Shown here: positions 27,166 to 38,350 of the stretch, piece after piece
Layout of the letters: every line of letters starts with the position of its first letter
Position numbering within the stretch: position 1 is the first letter of the stretch
From: Octopus sinensis
Taxonomy: Eukaryota
Direction of reading: 5' to 3'
Assembly (NCBI RefSeq): GCF_006345805.1
Contig: NC_043000.1
Location: 122,078,001-122,142,000 of the forward strand
Length of the DNA: 64,000 nucleotides
Notes under the pieces: generated by a model
The model's database searches: none
The model's input: only the letters and a program-made list of their open reading frames with translations
What the model was told of the DNA's origin: nothing
Made by a program: the position numbers and the translations under genes

Positions 27166-27805
27166 AATACAAGATAAGAAAATGGAGAAATACATCTAAA
27201 TCAAATATCAATTACCAGATAATACTCAATCACATACTTTATTAAACCACCACATAAAATACTCTAGGGTTAAATATAAAAAGCAGAACAAATCAGTGTA
27301 CATAAAGGAATGTACATAAAAAAGTGTACATAAAAGAGTAATGTTGTATAATAAGTAGAATATATATAAAAGAGAATATAAATATAAGTAAATGTAAATA
27401 TAAGTATAGATTACAACTTACAGCTGTTTTGGCCATGTAGATATGTATGTCTCGTTTTTACCAATATTAGCCTTTATCTATATATTGACCTACCATAAAA
27501 GGCTAATATTGGTAAAATGAGATTTACTTATCTACATGGCCAAAACAGCTGTAAGATGTAATCTATACTTATATTTATATTTACTTATATTTATATTCTC
27601 TTTTATATATATTCTACTTATTATACAACATTACTCTTTTATGTACACTTTTTTATGTACATTCCTTTATGTACACTGATTTGTTCTGCTTTTTATATTT
27701 AACCCTAGAGTCTCTTATGTGGTGGTTTAAAAAAGTATGTGATTGAATATTATCTGGTAATTGATATTTGATTTAGATGTATTTCTCCATTTTCTATCCT
27801 GTATT
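27166..27805. repeat. About 640-bp palindrome (two 310-bp arms, about 20-nt loop) of a pLTR-like sequence
   Basis: Left arm AATACAAGATAAGAAAATGGAGAAATACATCTAAATC.. is the reverse complement of right arm ..GATTTAGATGTATTTCTCCATTTTCTATCCTGTATT, with scattered substitutions. Confidence 0.9.
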
Positions 27806-27974
27806 AGTAATTTGTGGTAAATCATTTTACCTTTGCCCATATAATACAGTAGATGAATTGATTGCATCGCAATCATTAACATTTATGTATTAACTTTGTT
27901 GGTACTTCACTAGCAGTATATTGGATATATGTTATCCCATGGAGGGTTGCATTTACAACCCCTATCTCAATTTG

Positions 27975-28230
<256 letters not shown>

Positions 28231-28231
28231 A

Positions 28232-29030
28232 TATTAAGGTATGTAGAAAAATACACATGGACAAGAACGTATAACTCATAGAAGACGATACAAAACATGG
28301 ACAGGACATTCGAACCCCTCAGTCTTCAGTCAAGAACCGGATCCATCGTAGTAATTTCGGCTGATTAATCTTGAGATTACTAGATCACGGCCAGCCCTCA
28401 AGAAAACTAAGCTGGAAGCGTAGATTTCCTGGAAGAAGGATCGAATGCATACGAACACCAGGACAGCAAAAGGGACAGATATAAAAAAAAAAAAAACAAT
28501 AATGGAATACAGAAACATGAAATACAGAAGCATTAACGGTGAAAACAACAAGTGTCTTACGACTGATAACAAGCAAACAAATTTTTTCTCTGGCGCATTG
28601 GAAAAAGCCTTTATAGCGGCGGACGAAGAACAACGATGTTAACACGACGAGGGTCAGGAGCTGAAAGGCAGATTTCGGCCAACAGTCACGTGACAGAGAA
28701 GAGAGAGAGAGAAAAGGGGGACAAAACGCAACAAAGAGAGGAAGAGAGAGAAAGAAGGAATCAGAGAGGAGAAGGGATGGGTGTCGAAGAATGACCTGTG
28801 AGTGCAGAGCGACAAAGAAATAGGAGGGTAGTGGAAGACTAGACCAAAGGATCAGAGGAAAGAGAAGATGAATAGAGAGAAAGTAAAATGAAGAGAGAGA
28901 GAGACAAACAGAGAGTCGTACCAATTATTAAGAATATGTGTTCACATTAATGATAAAGGGGGTACGGGGCGCCTGGAATATATGTTAAGGTATGTAGAAA
29001 AATACAACATGGACAAGAACGTATAACATA
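28232..29030 (-). mobile_element. Penelope-like 3' region/pLTR with partially duplicated terminus
   Basis: About 48-bp direct repeat TTAAGGTATGTAGAAAAATAC(A)ACATGGACAAGAACGTATAAC at about 28233 and 28987; pyrimidine-rich UTR on minus strand; hammerhead-like half motifs CAGCCGAAATT and CTGAAGA. Confidence 0.5.
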
Positions 29031-29419
29031 TATATATTGATAGATAGATAGACAGATAGATAAATTGATAGTGAGAGAAATATACTAGATATTCGGGATA
29101 TACATATATAAATATATCCTCGTATAGATAACTATTATAATAAGATTGTGTGTGGAAAGATTGTGAAAAATTAATTACTCTAATATATCGTAAAAATATT
29201 TCTCTTTAATTATTTGAACGAAATGAAAGTGGATTTATGAAAACTATGATATAATTAAATATATATACGGAATAAATATTAGATGAAACTAAGCAGGTGC
29301 TATCTGTCACCTGTATTCAGCTGAACACAAAGAGATGCTTGGTAAAAAGATATTGAATCAACATAGAAAGTACGCGAACTTTCGACTGAGAATGCAAACA
29401 TATTTACGCACTACAATAC

Positions 29420-29424
29420 AGAAG

Positions 29425-29475
<51 letters not shown>

Positions 29476-29587
29476 GTTGTTGTTGTTGTTGTTGTTATTA
29501 TTATCATTGTTATTATTATTATTATCATGATTATTATTATTATTATCATTATTATTATTATTTTTATTATTATCATAATTATTATTA

Positions 29588-29624
<37 letters not shown>

Positions 29625-29632
29625 CATTATTA

Positions 29633-29663
<31 letters not shown>

Positions 29664-29671
29664 CATTATTA

Positions 29672-29714
<43 letters not shown>

Positions 29715-29716
29715 CG
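29420..29716. repeat. (ATT)n/(GTT)n trinucleotide array
   Basis: Direct inspection; source of the poly-I ORFs. Confidence 0.95.
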
Positions 29717-29744
29717 TATTTGTATCACTGAAATCTGATAAATC

Positions 29745-30320
29745 CAATATTTTTTTCTGTGCTAGGCACAATTACAAAATTATAGGGCAGGGTGCCAGGC
29801 GATTAGATCGACCCTAGTACACAACTGGTACTTAATTTATCGATTTCGAAAGGATGAAATATAAAGTCAACTCCAGCACAGTTTGAAGACAGAACATAAA
29901 AACAGATGAAATAACGCTATGCATTTCGCCCGGTTTGTTAACGATTCTGACAGCTCGCGGCCTTAAAATATTCTTTTCCACTCTAGGCACAAGGCACGAA
30001 ATTTTTGGGCAGGGAACCAAGCGATTAGATCGACCCCAGTACGCAACTGGTACTTAATTTATCGATCTCGAAAGGATGAAAGAAAACGTCACCTCGGCGG
30101 AATTTGAAATCAGAATGAAAGATAGACGAAATGTCGCTAAGCATTTCGCCTGGCGTGTTAACGTTTCTGCCAGCTCGCGCCTTCAAAGAGAAATCCAATA
30201 TTCTTTTTTACACAATGCCCAAAATTTTGGGGGAAGGGGCCTGTCGATTTGATCGACAGACTAAATACCGCCAAGTATTTCGCCCGGCATGCTAAACTTT
30301 CTATCAGCTCGCCTCCGTAA
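29745..30320 (-). mobile_element. Head-to-tail array of three SINE family B copies
   Basis: Units at about 29745-29962, 29970-30184 and 30200-30318 (internally deleted), each with the reverse complement of the GCGAGCTG.CAGAA head and CATTTCGCC.GG motif. Confidence 0.75.
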
Positions 30321-30569
30321 CATAATGTGGTTGGGAAGAAAGATTCTTACCACACAGCCACACCAGGAATCATATACAATAATGTTTCAAGTTATTATAT
30401 AGCAACTGAGAAAGCATCTTACTTTCAAAGGATACATATGCAGGATTCTCATTGTTTTAAGAATTTAGTCAAGGCTCAACAGAGATATGCTCTTTATCAA
30501 TCAATAAACGTCTCGATATATCTTATTCAGAGGGTTCGAAACTGAGCAGCTACAATCAAGCCATATGTT

Positions 30570-32400
30570 CCTTTCTTCAAGATCCTCTTCTTTACTCCCT
30601 GAAATGATTTCCAATATTTCGAAACAACGTTACAGTTAATCTCTTCTATTTGCATTGTCACACTCTAGCTCTCACCATTTCACTTGTTTCCCATTGCTTC
30701 AGCTAACAACTATCATAATACTGCAAACGAAAATACCTTATTATTTATTCCCAACATAGTTTCTAGATTATATCAAGCTTTCTGTTCAATTTTTCCTCTC
30801 AGCATCTGCCTGTGGACGTAAATCTCTGAAGATTGTCAGTAATTTCCGTCTTTTCCTATCTTTCAAGATCTCTGATTGGTTATTAAAATTTCCTTATATC
30901 TGAAGATGAATAATTCTATGGAAATTACATCAGTGGAAATATTTATTCCATTGAGTTCTTTTCGGAAATATTCACAGCTGAATTTGTCTTTTATTGTACT
31001 ATCATTTATACCAATATCTTTCACGATACGCAAACACTTATATCCACAATTTCTATTCATCTCTCGTATCTTTGGCCGGTGGATTCATTTCATAAAGTTT
31101 TATAGTGTCTCTATTCCTTAATAAAAATTATCCACCAGAAAGAATTATCAAATTGTAATCTGATGTCACAACTAAGTACTTCTGACTGGAGAATCAATGA
31201 CTAGCCACTGGTTAACTATTTAATTTTTTTCTAGACAAAATTCGGGTTTTTCTTTTCTCGATTCTTAGGAAACTGGAAGAGCAATAACAAATAAGGATGA
31301 TAAGCAATCACTTGGATATTTAACTCTATCGTCCAGTTTTCCATGCTCTTTATTTTCTGTTGAACGATGTTTTCTGTCATTTTGAATATTTTTAGTGTCT
31401 ACGAAATCGAAGGCTTCATGGTAATCGATTCATCCCATTTCAAAAAAATCCTGTTTTTTTTATGACCATCTCTTTGATCCGCAACTGGAGTTATCCCCCT
31501 TGAATTAGTCCGATAACTTTTCTGTTCATTAAGTGCATTATACACCTACATGTCTATTCTGCATAGAAGATATCAGCAAGTCCGGTATATCATTTTCCAT
31601 AACAACAGTGAAACCATTAAGTTATATTGGGAGGGGGCAACACGTTTTCCTTGTTATTTCATTAGGTTTGTCTTAACAGTCATCTAACAAAGAAAAACCT
31701 AACCTAACTTCAGTCACTGAAATGATTTTTTCAATATTTCGAAACAACGTTACATTTAATTTCTTCTATTTGCACCGTCACACTCTAGCTTCCATCACTT
31801 CACTTGTTTCCATTGCTTCAGCTAACAACTATCATAATACTGCAAACGAAAATACCTTATTATTTATTCCCAACACAGTTTCTACATTATATCAGGCTTT
31901 CTGTTCAATTTTCCCCGGTTGAAATATAACCTGTCAACATCTGCCTGTGGACGTAAATCTCTGAAGATTGTCAGTAATTTGTCCGATAAATTATCCTGGG
32001 TGTTTTAATGTTTTCCAGCAAGAAAACATTACGACCCTTTGCAAAGACCTTCCCGCTAAGCAATTTAGAACATTGTTTTACAATGATTGGCCTGCTGTTT
32101 CTGCTCTTTTTAATTATGCTTCACCGTCTTGACAGCCATTCTTACTGTTTATACCATTCCAAATTAGTTCCATCTCCCTGGATATAGTACCGGAGTATTG
32201 TGTCTTATTTATATCTCCACCGCCGCCTTACAATTTTTAAACCATATTTTCTAATTATTTGAAGTTGGCTTGTTCTGCTGGAACTTTACTAAATTATTCA
32301 CTTACCGCTTTACCTTAGCTATCTTTGGTGTCTGTTGTTGGTACAGTTATACAATTAGATGCTCTTCAGCTTTAACATTGCACTTTCATTCTTGTGTTTG
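30570..32400 (-). pseudogene. Decayed R4/Dong-like (RLE-type) non-LTR retrotransposon RT region with internal duplication
   Basis: Minus frames: NEQKSYRTNSRG, MG*IDYHEAFDFV (MAWIDYKKAFD-like), LSSLFVIAL, GYKCLRIVKDIGI..IKDKFSCEYFRK.ELNGINI, KLLTIFRDLRPQADAER (R4-type KLLT...LHP.AD.DRLY). About 250 bp duplicated (30600-30845 vs 31715-31982). Confidence 0.75.
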
Positions 32401-32474
32401 TTTACACTCCCTTTCGAGCTCATTCTTTAAGACGCTGTAGTTAGCTCATTTTCGATCTCAAGTTACTCTTTTTA

Positions 32475-33029
32475 TTAGGTCGTCCGGAAAGTTTGTGCCG
32501 ATTTATAGTAGTTTACATTTCGACTTATTTTAGAAAATGGTTGAGTCCAGAAAATAGGATTTGACTACACCTCCAGTTAGAGCACAGTTTAAGCTATCTT
32601 TTCGTGGAAGTAGGTTTATGTTCGTATAACCCATGTTAATTCTGTAACCCTTTAAATGAGAAGATAAGAAAGTTCATTTTCGGCACTTGATGCTTTGGGA
32701 ACCAGACAAAAATTGCTGCAGCTCGGCTGAGCTGTGTTACCCCACTCTCCATATTCACCAGATATTGCTATTTCGGACGTCCACTTATTCAGGTCTCTGC
32801 AGAATAGGCTTAATGGTAAAAATTTCAATTCCTTGGATGACGTAAAAAGATACGTTGCCATGAAACCACCTCAATTCTGGGAAGAGGGTATTTTCAAGTT
32901 AAAAGAAAGATGGAGACGCATTGTGCAACACATCGGTTGATATTTGGTTGATTAAAAATGTAATGGCAAGTATTTATTGATCTTTTTCTTTCTTTTAAAA
33001 AATCGGCACGAACCTTCTGGACAACCCAA
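32475..33029 (+). mobile_element. Internally deleted mariner element
   Basis: About 30-bp TIRs TTAGGTCGTCCGGAAAGTTTGTGCCGATTT / AAATCGGCACGAACCTTCTGGACAACCCAA, TA on both sides; ORF 32734-32940 LPHSPYSPDIAISDVHLFRSLQNRLNGKNF..LKERWRRIV (YSPDLAPSD motif). Confidence 0.9.
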
Positions 33030-33284
33030 TATATTCTATTTGTCTTTTCCTTCAGAGGTTTTATCTGCTCGTTTTTGGCTTAACTTCCCTATCCCCAAAT
33101 TGTGTAGCTTCCCTCCAAATAAAAGTGAGCTGTTTATATCCTTCATCACTGAGGAGCGTTTTGTAATGCATATCTATAATACAGTCTTAGGCTAGGTGAA
33201 TTTCGCTGATAATTCTAGTAGTTCGATGCTCAATGTTTCTGTTTCTCTGTCACTTACTCTCATTTTCTAGCCCCCTTCTCGCTG

Positions 33285-33366
<82 letters not shown>

Positions 33367-33510
33367 GCTGGCTGGACAGGTTTCATATTGGTAGACGTTA
33401 TTTTGCTCCAGATGAACATACAGAACGGCAGGATTTCCGTCCTTTTATATATATATATATAAATATATATACATATACATGTGTGTGTATGTGTGTGTGT
33501 GTGTGTGTGT

Positions 33511-33760
33511 GGAGGCGCGTAGCTTAGTGGTTAGGGTGTCAGCATCATGTTCATAAGATTGTGGCTTCGATTCCTGGACCGGGCGATGCGTTGTGTTCTT
33601 GAGCAAAACACTTCATTTCACGTACACCAGTCAACTCACCTGGCAAAGATGAGTAACGCTGCGATGGAATGGCGTCCCGTCCAGCTGGGGAACGCATACG
33701 TCAGTGAAACCGAGAAACCTGCCCATGAGCCTGGCTAGGCTTTAAAAAGGGCACATTTAT
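33511..33760 (+). mobile_element. SINE family C, full length
   Basis: A box TAGCTTAGTGG, B box GCTTCGATTCC, GTGTTCTTGAGCAAAACACTTC, GCGATGGAATGGCGTCCCGTCCAG. Confidence 0.85.
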
Positions 33761-33824
33761 CATATATATATATTATATATATATATGATAAATGTGCCCT
33801 TTTAAAGCCTATACACCACACACG

Positions 33825-33911
<87 letters not shown>

Positions 33912-33916
33912 GAAGG

Positions 33917-33967
33917 AGCTTCTACAGGACTAGAACTGTTTCATTCAAGAGAAATCATCAGGAAGCT
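33917..33967 (-). ncRNA. Type I hammerhead ribozyme motif
   Basis: Minus: AGCTTC-CTGATGA-TTTC tctt GAAT-GAAA-CAG ttctagtc CTG-TA/GAAGCT. Stem I 6 bp, stem III ACAG/CTGT, GUA triplet; U-U at 10.1/11.1. Confidence 0.7.
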
Positions 33968-34185
33968 TCCTGTAGAAGCTCCTTCTATATAATCCATTAT
34001 TTTAATTTTACTCTGCTATGTATTGAGTTACCTTATTACTGTGGTAACCCCGATCAACCCGGGACCTACATATATATATATATATATGTAGGTCCCGGGT
34101 TGATCGGGGTTAACCACAGTAAATAAGGTACTCAATACATAGCAGAGTAAAATTAATTTATTATATAGAAGGAGCTTCTACAGGA

Positions 34186-34235
34186 AGCTTCCTGATGATT
34201 TCTTTGAATGAAACAGTTCTAGTCCTGTAGAAGCT
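34186..34235 (+). ncRNA. Type I hammerhead ribozyme motif (mirror copy of 33917-33967)
   Basis: AGCTTC-CTGATGA(34192-98)-TTTC ttt GAAT-GAAA(34210-13)-CAG ttctagtc CTG-TA/GAAGCT. Confidence 0.65.
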
Positions 34236-34307
34236 CCTTCTATATAATAAATATATATAATATGTGGGTGTGTATATAATATATATAATATATATATTAT
34301 ATATATA

Positions 34308-34340
<33 letters not shown>

Positions 34341-34369
34341 CTATATAATATATATATATATATATATGA

Positions 34370-34617
34370 AAATGTGCCCTTTTAAAAGCCTAGCCAGGCT
34401 CATGGGCAGGTTTCTCGGTTTCACTGACGTATGCGTTCCCCAGCTGGACGGGACGCCATTCCATCGCAGCGTTACTCATCTTTGCCAGGTGAGTTGACTG
34501 GAGTACGTGAAATGAAGTGTTTTGCTCAAGAACACAACGCATCGCCCGGTCCAGGAATCGAAGCCACAATCTTATGAACATGATGCTGACACCCTAACCA
34601 CTAAGCTACGCGCCTCC
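34370..34617 (-). mobile_element. SINE family C (mirror copy in the fold-back)
   Basis: Reverse complement of 33511-33760. Confidence 0.8.
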
Positions 34618-35531
34618 ACACACACACACACACACATACACACACATGTATATGTATATATATTTATATATATATATATATAAAAGGACGGAAATCCTGC
34701 CGTTCTGTATGTTCATCTGGAGCAAAATAACGTCTACCAATATGAAACCTGTCCAGCCAGCTTAAAAGAGAGAGAGAGAGAGAGAGAGAAGCAGCGAGAA
34801 GGGGGCTAGAAAATGAGATATATGTCCTTCCCACTTGAGGCAGCAGATATTTCTTGCAGGTCGTGTGTCCGCGCAGAAACTTTCGCTTTGGGTTCTTTCT
34901 GAAGTTGTAGAGCGGTCTGCTGTGAAGCTTAGATCAACAAGTAGAAAATTAATTATTATGGAATATCATTTGAGGTGCAATTTCTCCGACGTCGAAGGTG
35001 TATTGCCTTAGATTGCGGTCGTTTTCATTAACCACACAGCCATATAAGAGCACATTTATCAGTGTCCATTATTTCAGCATATTGCAAATGTTTTGATAAA
35101 TGAAAAATATATCAAGCGGAAAATATTGATTTCCTTTGATAATTATTGATGATATATGCTTGACTAGTCATAGTTTTTAATTACTTCCAATTCGCTTTCT
35201 GCTTCATTTATCAAATGGATTGCTCTCTGTGTATAGATATGCATATATGAGTGTGTGTATGCATCTATATGTATGCATATATCTGTGGGCAAGAACGTGA
35301 GTTTGTGAGAATACGTGTGTGACTACATTGGCCCGTACATAATCTTATGAATACAACACATTAATTCAAGAAATGAATGCGACAGAAACCGATAAACCAG
35401 ATAACTTCGGGACATAGCAACAGACATACATAATTAAAAATATAATCAACTAAGGGAAATAACTCAAATGAGGTAACGAACGAATTTCTATAATCAATTT
35501 ATGATGTGATATAGAGAAAAACGGTCCTCAA

Positions 35532-35871
35532 AATATTGATATATAAATTAATTGAAATTTTCCTGTCTGAACAAAATAAAACCAAAAGACAATTTCAAAA
35601 TTCTTTTTAAGCTTATTTGATTGCTTAGTGGGAAGAAAATTCATTTTCGTTTACAGGAAGGGAATATGTGTGTACGTCTGTCAGTATATTAGATCTCCTC
35701 GACATAGTATAGTCTAACAAAGGTTCGTGATGATTTAACAAATTTTAATATATAGCAAATAGTTACGGATATTTGGATCAATATCATCTGAACCGCCTTC
35801 ATATATAAACAAAAATCAGATAAGGGAAATATCGCAATATTGCGAACTTAGTAAATAGATGCAGACAAAAG

Positions 35872-35918
<47 letters not shown>

Positions 35919-36851
35919 GTTCTGCTCCCCTTACCTCGAAACGCGCATTGAGTCGAACCAGGGGCAGCTGGTGAGGGGAATATTCCTTGTATTGTTTGTC
36001 TTGTACTCTGTTTTTCGGTTGTTAAAAAAGTCCGTTTGCTTGTTTGTTTTTTAGTTTTAGTTTCGCGTTGAGTTTCTACTTTATTTATGGTGTCCTGTAA
36101 CTCATATATATATATAATATATAGAATATATATATATAAATATGCATTTATATATACATATAGATGTAGGTATGTACATATATGTATGTATGCATATGTT
36201 TTATTTGTTAAATTGTTAATATATGACTGAACGCTTCGCGTCGCTTCTTATCCTCACAAGTAAGTTTTTATTTATATATATATATATATTATAGGACAGA
36301 GGTGCGAGAGGAGGTTGAAATTTAAAGAAAGACAGACGACGACGAAGGCATGTGCATAAAAAACAAGCTGGTGTAGTAGTTTGACGCTCGGCAAACTGAG
36401 GACGTCTNNNNNNNNNNNNNNNNNNNNNNNNNNNNNNNNNNNNNNNNNNNNNNNNNNNNNNNNNNNNNNNNNNNNNNNNNNNNNNNNNNNNNNNNNNNNN
36501 NNNNNNNAATATTGATATATAAATTAATTGAAATTTTCCTGTCTGAACAAAATAAAACCAAAAGACAATTTCAAAATTCTTTTTAAGCTTATTTGATTGC
36601 TTAGTGGGAAGAAAATTCATTTTCGTTTACAGGAAGGGAATATGTGTGTACGTCTGTCAGTATATTAGATCTCCTCGACATAGTATAGTCTAACAAAGGT
36701 TCGTGATGATTTAACAAATTTTAATATATAGCAAATAGTTACGGATATTTGGATCAATATCATCTGAAACCGCCTTCATATATAAACAAAAATCAGATAA
36801 GGGAAAATATCGCAAATATTGCGAACTTAAGTAAATAGATGCAGACAAAAG

Positions 36852-36898
<47 letters not shown>

Positions 36899-37360
36899 GT
36901 TCTGCCCTTACCTCCGAAACGCGCATTGAGTCGAACCAGGGGCAGCTGGTGAAGGGGAATATTCCTTGTATTGTTTGTCTTGTACTCTGTTTTTCGTTGT
37001 TAAAAAAGTCCGTTTGCTTGTTTGTTTTTTATGTTTTAGTTTCGCGTTGAGTTCTACGTTTATTTATGGTGTCCTGTACTCATATATATATATATATATA
37101 TGCATTTATATATACATATAGATGTAGGTATGTACATATATGTATGTATGCATATGTTTTATTTGTTAAATTGTTAATATATGACTGAACGCTTCGCGTC
37201 GCTTCTTATCCTCCAAGTAAGTTTTTATTTATATATATATATATATATAGACAGAGAGTGCGAGAGAGAGTTGAAATTTAAAGAAAGACAGAAGACGAAG
37301 GCATGTGCATAAACAACAAGCTGGTGTAGTAGTTTGACGCTCGGCAAACTGAGGACGTCT
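35532..37360. other. About 870-bp tandem duplication flanking a 100-N gap (probable unmerged contig overlap)
   Basis: 35532-36407 repeats as 36508-37360; Ns at 36408-36507; copies differ mainly by small indels. Confidence 0.85.
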
Positions 37361-37415
37361 GTTACGTCACGAGCCTACGCTCTTCAACACAAAGGAACTC
37401 GAGGAAATAAACAGA
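37250..37415 (-). mobile_element. pLTR-like short repeat, GAGC-GTAG-GCTC hammerhead-like family (copy 1)
   Basis: Minus: GTGTTGA-A-GAGC gtag GCTC-GTGA-CGTA; downstream tail aligns with 40800-40897 and 57965-58050. Confidence 0.55.
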
Positions 37416-37684
37416 GAGAAAGTTACCCTTCCTGGCACAAGTCCGGGCAAGGTTGTTTATGGAAGACCAGCAGTCACCCATGCATACCAGCTTCCCCTCC
37501 CCACGCCACCGATGTCATCCAAGGGAAAGGCAAAGGCCGATACAGCTTGGTATCATTGACGTCCCTGGATCAACGTGAAATAAAGTGTCTTGCTCAAGAA
37601 CACAACACACAGCCCGGTCCAGGATTCGAACTCACAACCTCACGCTCGTAAGCTCAACGCTCTAACCACTAAGCTATGCGCCTT
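37405..37684 (-). mobile_element. tRNA-derived SINE with family-C head but a different 3' half
   Basis: Minus head GGCGCATAGCTTAGTGGTTAGAGCG..GAGTTCGAATCC, GTGTTCTTGAGCAAGACACTT, then GCTGTATCGGCCTTTGCCTTTCCCTTGG..AACAACCTTGCCCGGACTTGTGCC. Confidence 0.8.
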
Positions 37685-37958
37685 AAGATACTTATATATA
37701 TATGTATATATATAAGTTGAATACACACAGGCACACCCACACACATGCATATGCATGTATATATATTTATATTTATTTATTTATATATATATACTTTATT
37801 TATAAGCAGCAGAAATTCAACAAAACCTGTTACTCGGAGTTTCACGTTCCCGTTCGTCGGACAGTTTTTGTTAACTGAGTAATAAAGCATATTACTCTAC
37901 CCCTGGTATTTGAGTACTCTTTTTTGCACCTTGTTTCACATTTATGTGTTTACTCCGG

Positions 37959-37997
<39 letters not shown>

Positions 37998-37999
<2 letters not shown>

Positions 38000-38350
38000 A
38001 AATGTAGAAAATGCTGACAAAATAATTTTAAGTAAGGGAGAGTGAATTTAATTAGGTGAAAGTTCTTTTTACCGGTTGCGCATTTGTTATGCTTATCAAA
38101 AGATATTTTTTAAGAGAGATAGAGTTCCTTTCTGATAGATTTTTTTCTCTTATAGATGTTTTTCTCTGATAGATTTTTTTCAGAAAAGAGGAAAAAAAAA
38201 TCTATCAGAAAGGAACTCTATCTCTCTTAAAAAAATATCTTTTGATAAGCATAACAAATGCGCAACCGGTAAAAAAAACTTTCACCTGATTAAATACACT
38301 CTCCCTTACTTAAATTATTTTGTCAGAATTTTCTTCATTTCCTTTTTTTA
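37998..38350. repeat. Palindrome with about 150-bp arms and about 45-nt spacer
   Basis: TTTACCGGTTGCGCATTTGTTATGCTTATCAAAAGATA.. is mirrored by ..TATCTTTTGATAAGCATAACAAATGCGCAACCGGTAAA; substitution-type divergence. Confidence 0.9.

Larger units (their letters stand above)
33258..34818. repeat. 1.56-kb near-identical fold-back centred on a (TA)n run at about 34075
   Basis: Unique flank, (CT)n, SINE C and hammerhead unit are all mirrored; arm differences are mostly 1-nt indels. Confidence 0.85.

Noticed and set aside
34860-34997. Strong acceptor TTTCTTGCAG with one open frame to a GT
   Set aside because: Weak donor and unrecognised peptide; insufficient support without RNA data.
36912-36957. 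Possible circularly permuted (type II) hammerhead CTCC-GAAACGCGCA..CTGGTGA-A-GGGG (also about 35930-35975)
   Set aside because: The core has G at position 6, U16.1 is missing and stem I gives only 3 pairs; too many defects to call.
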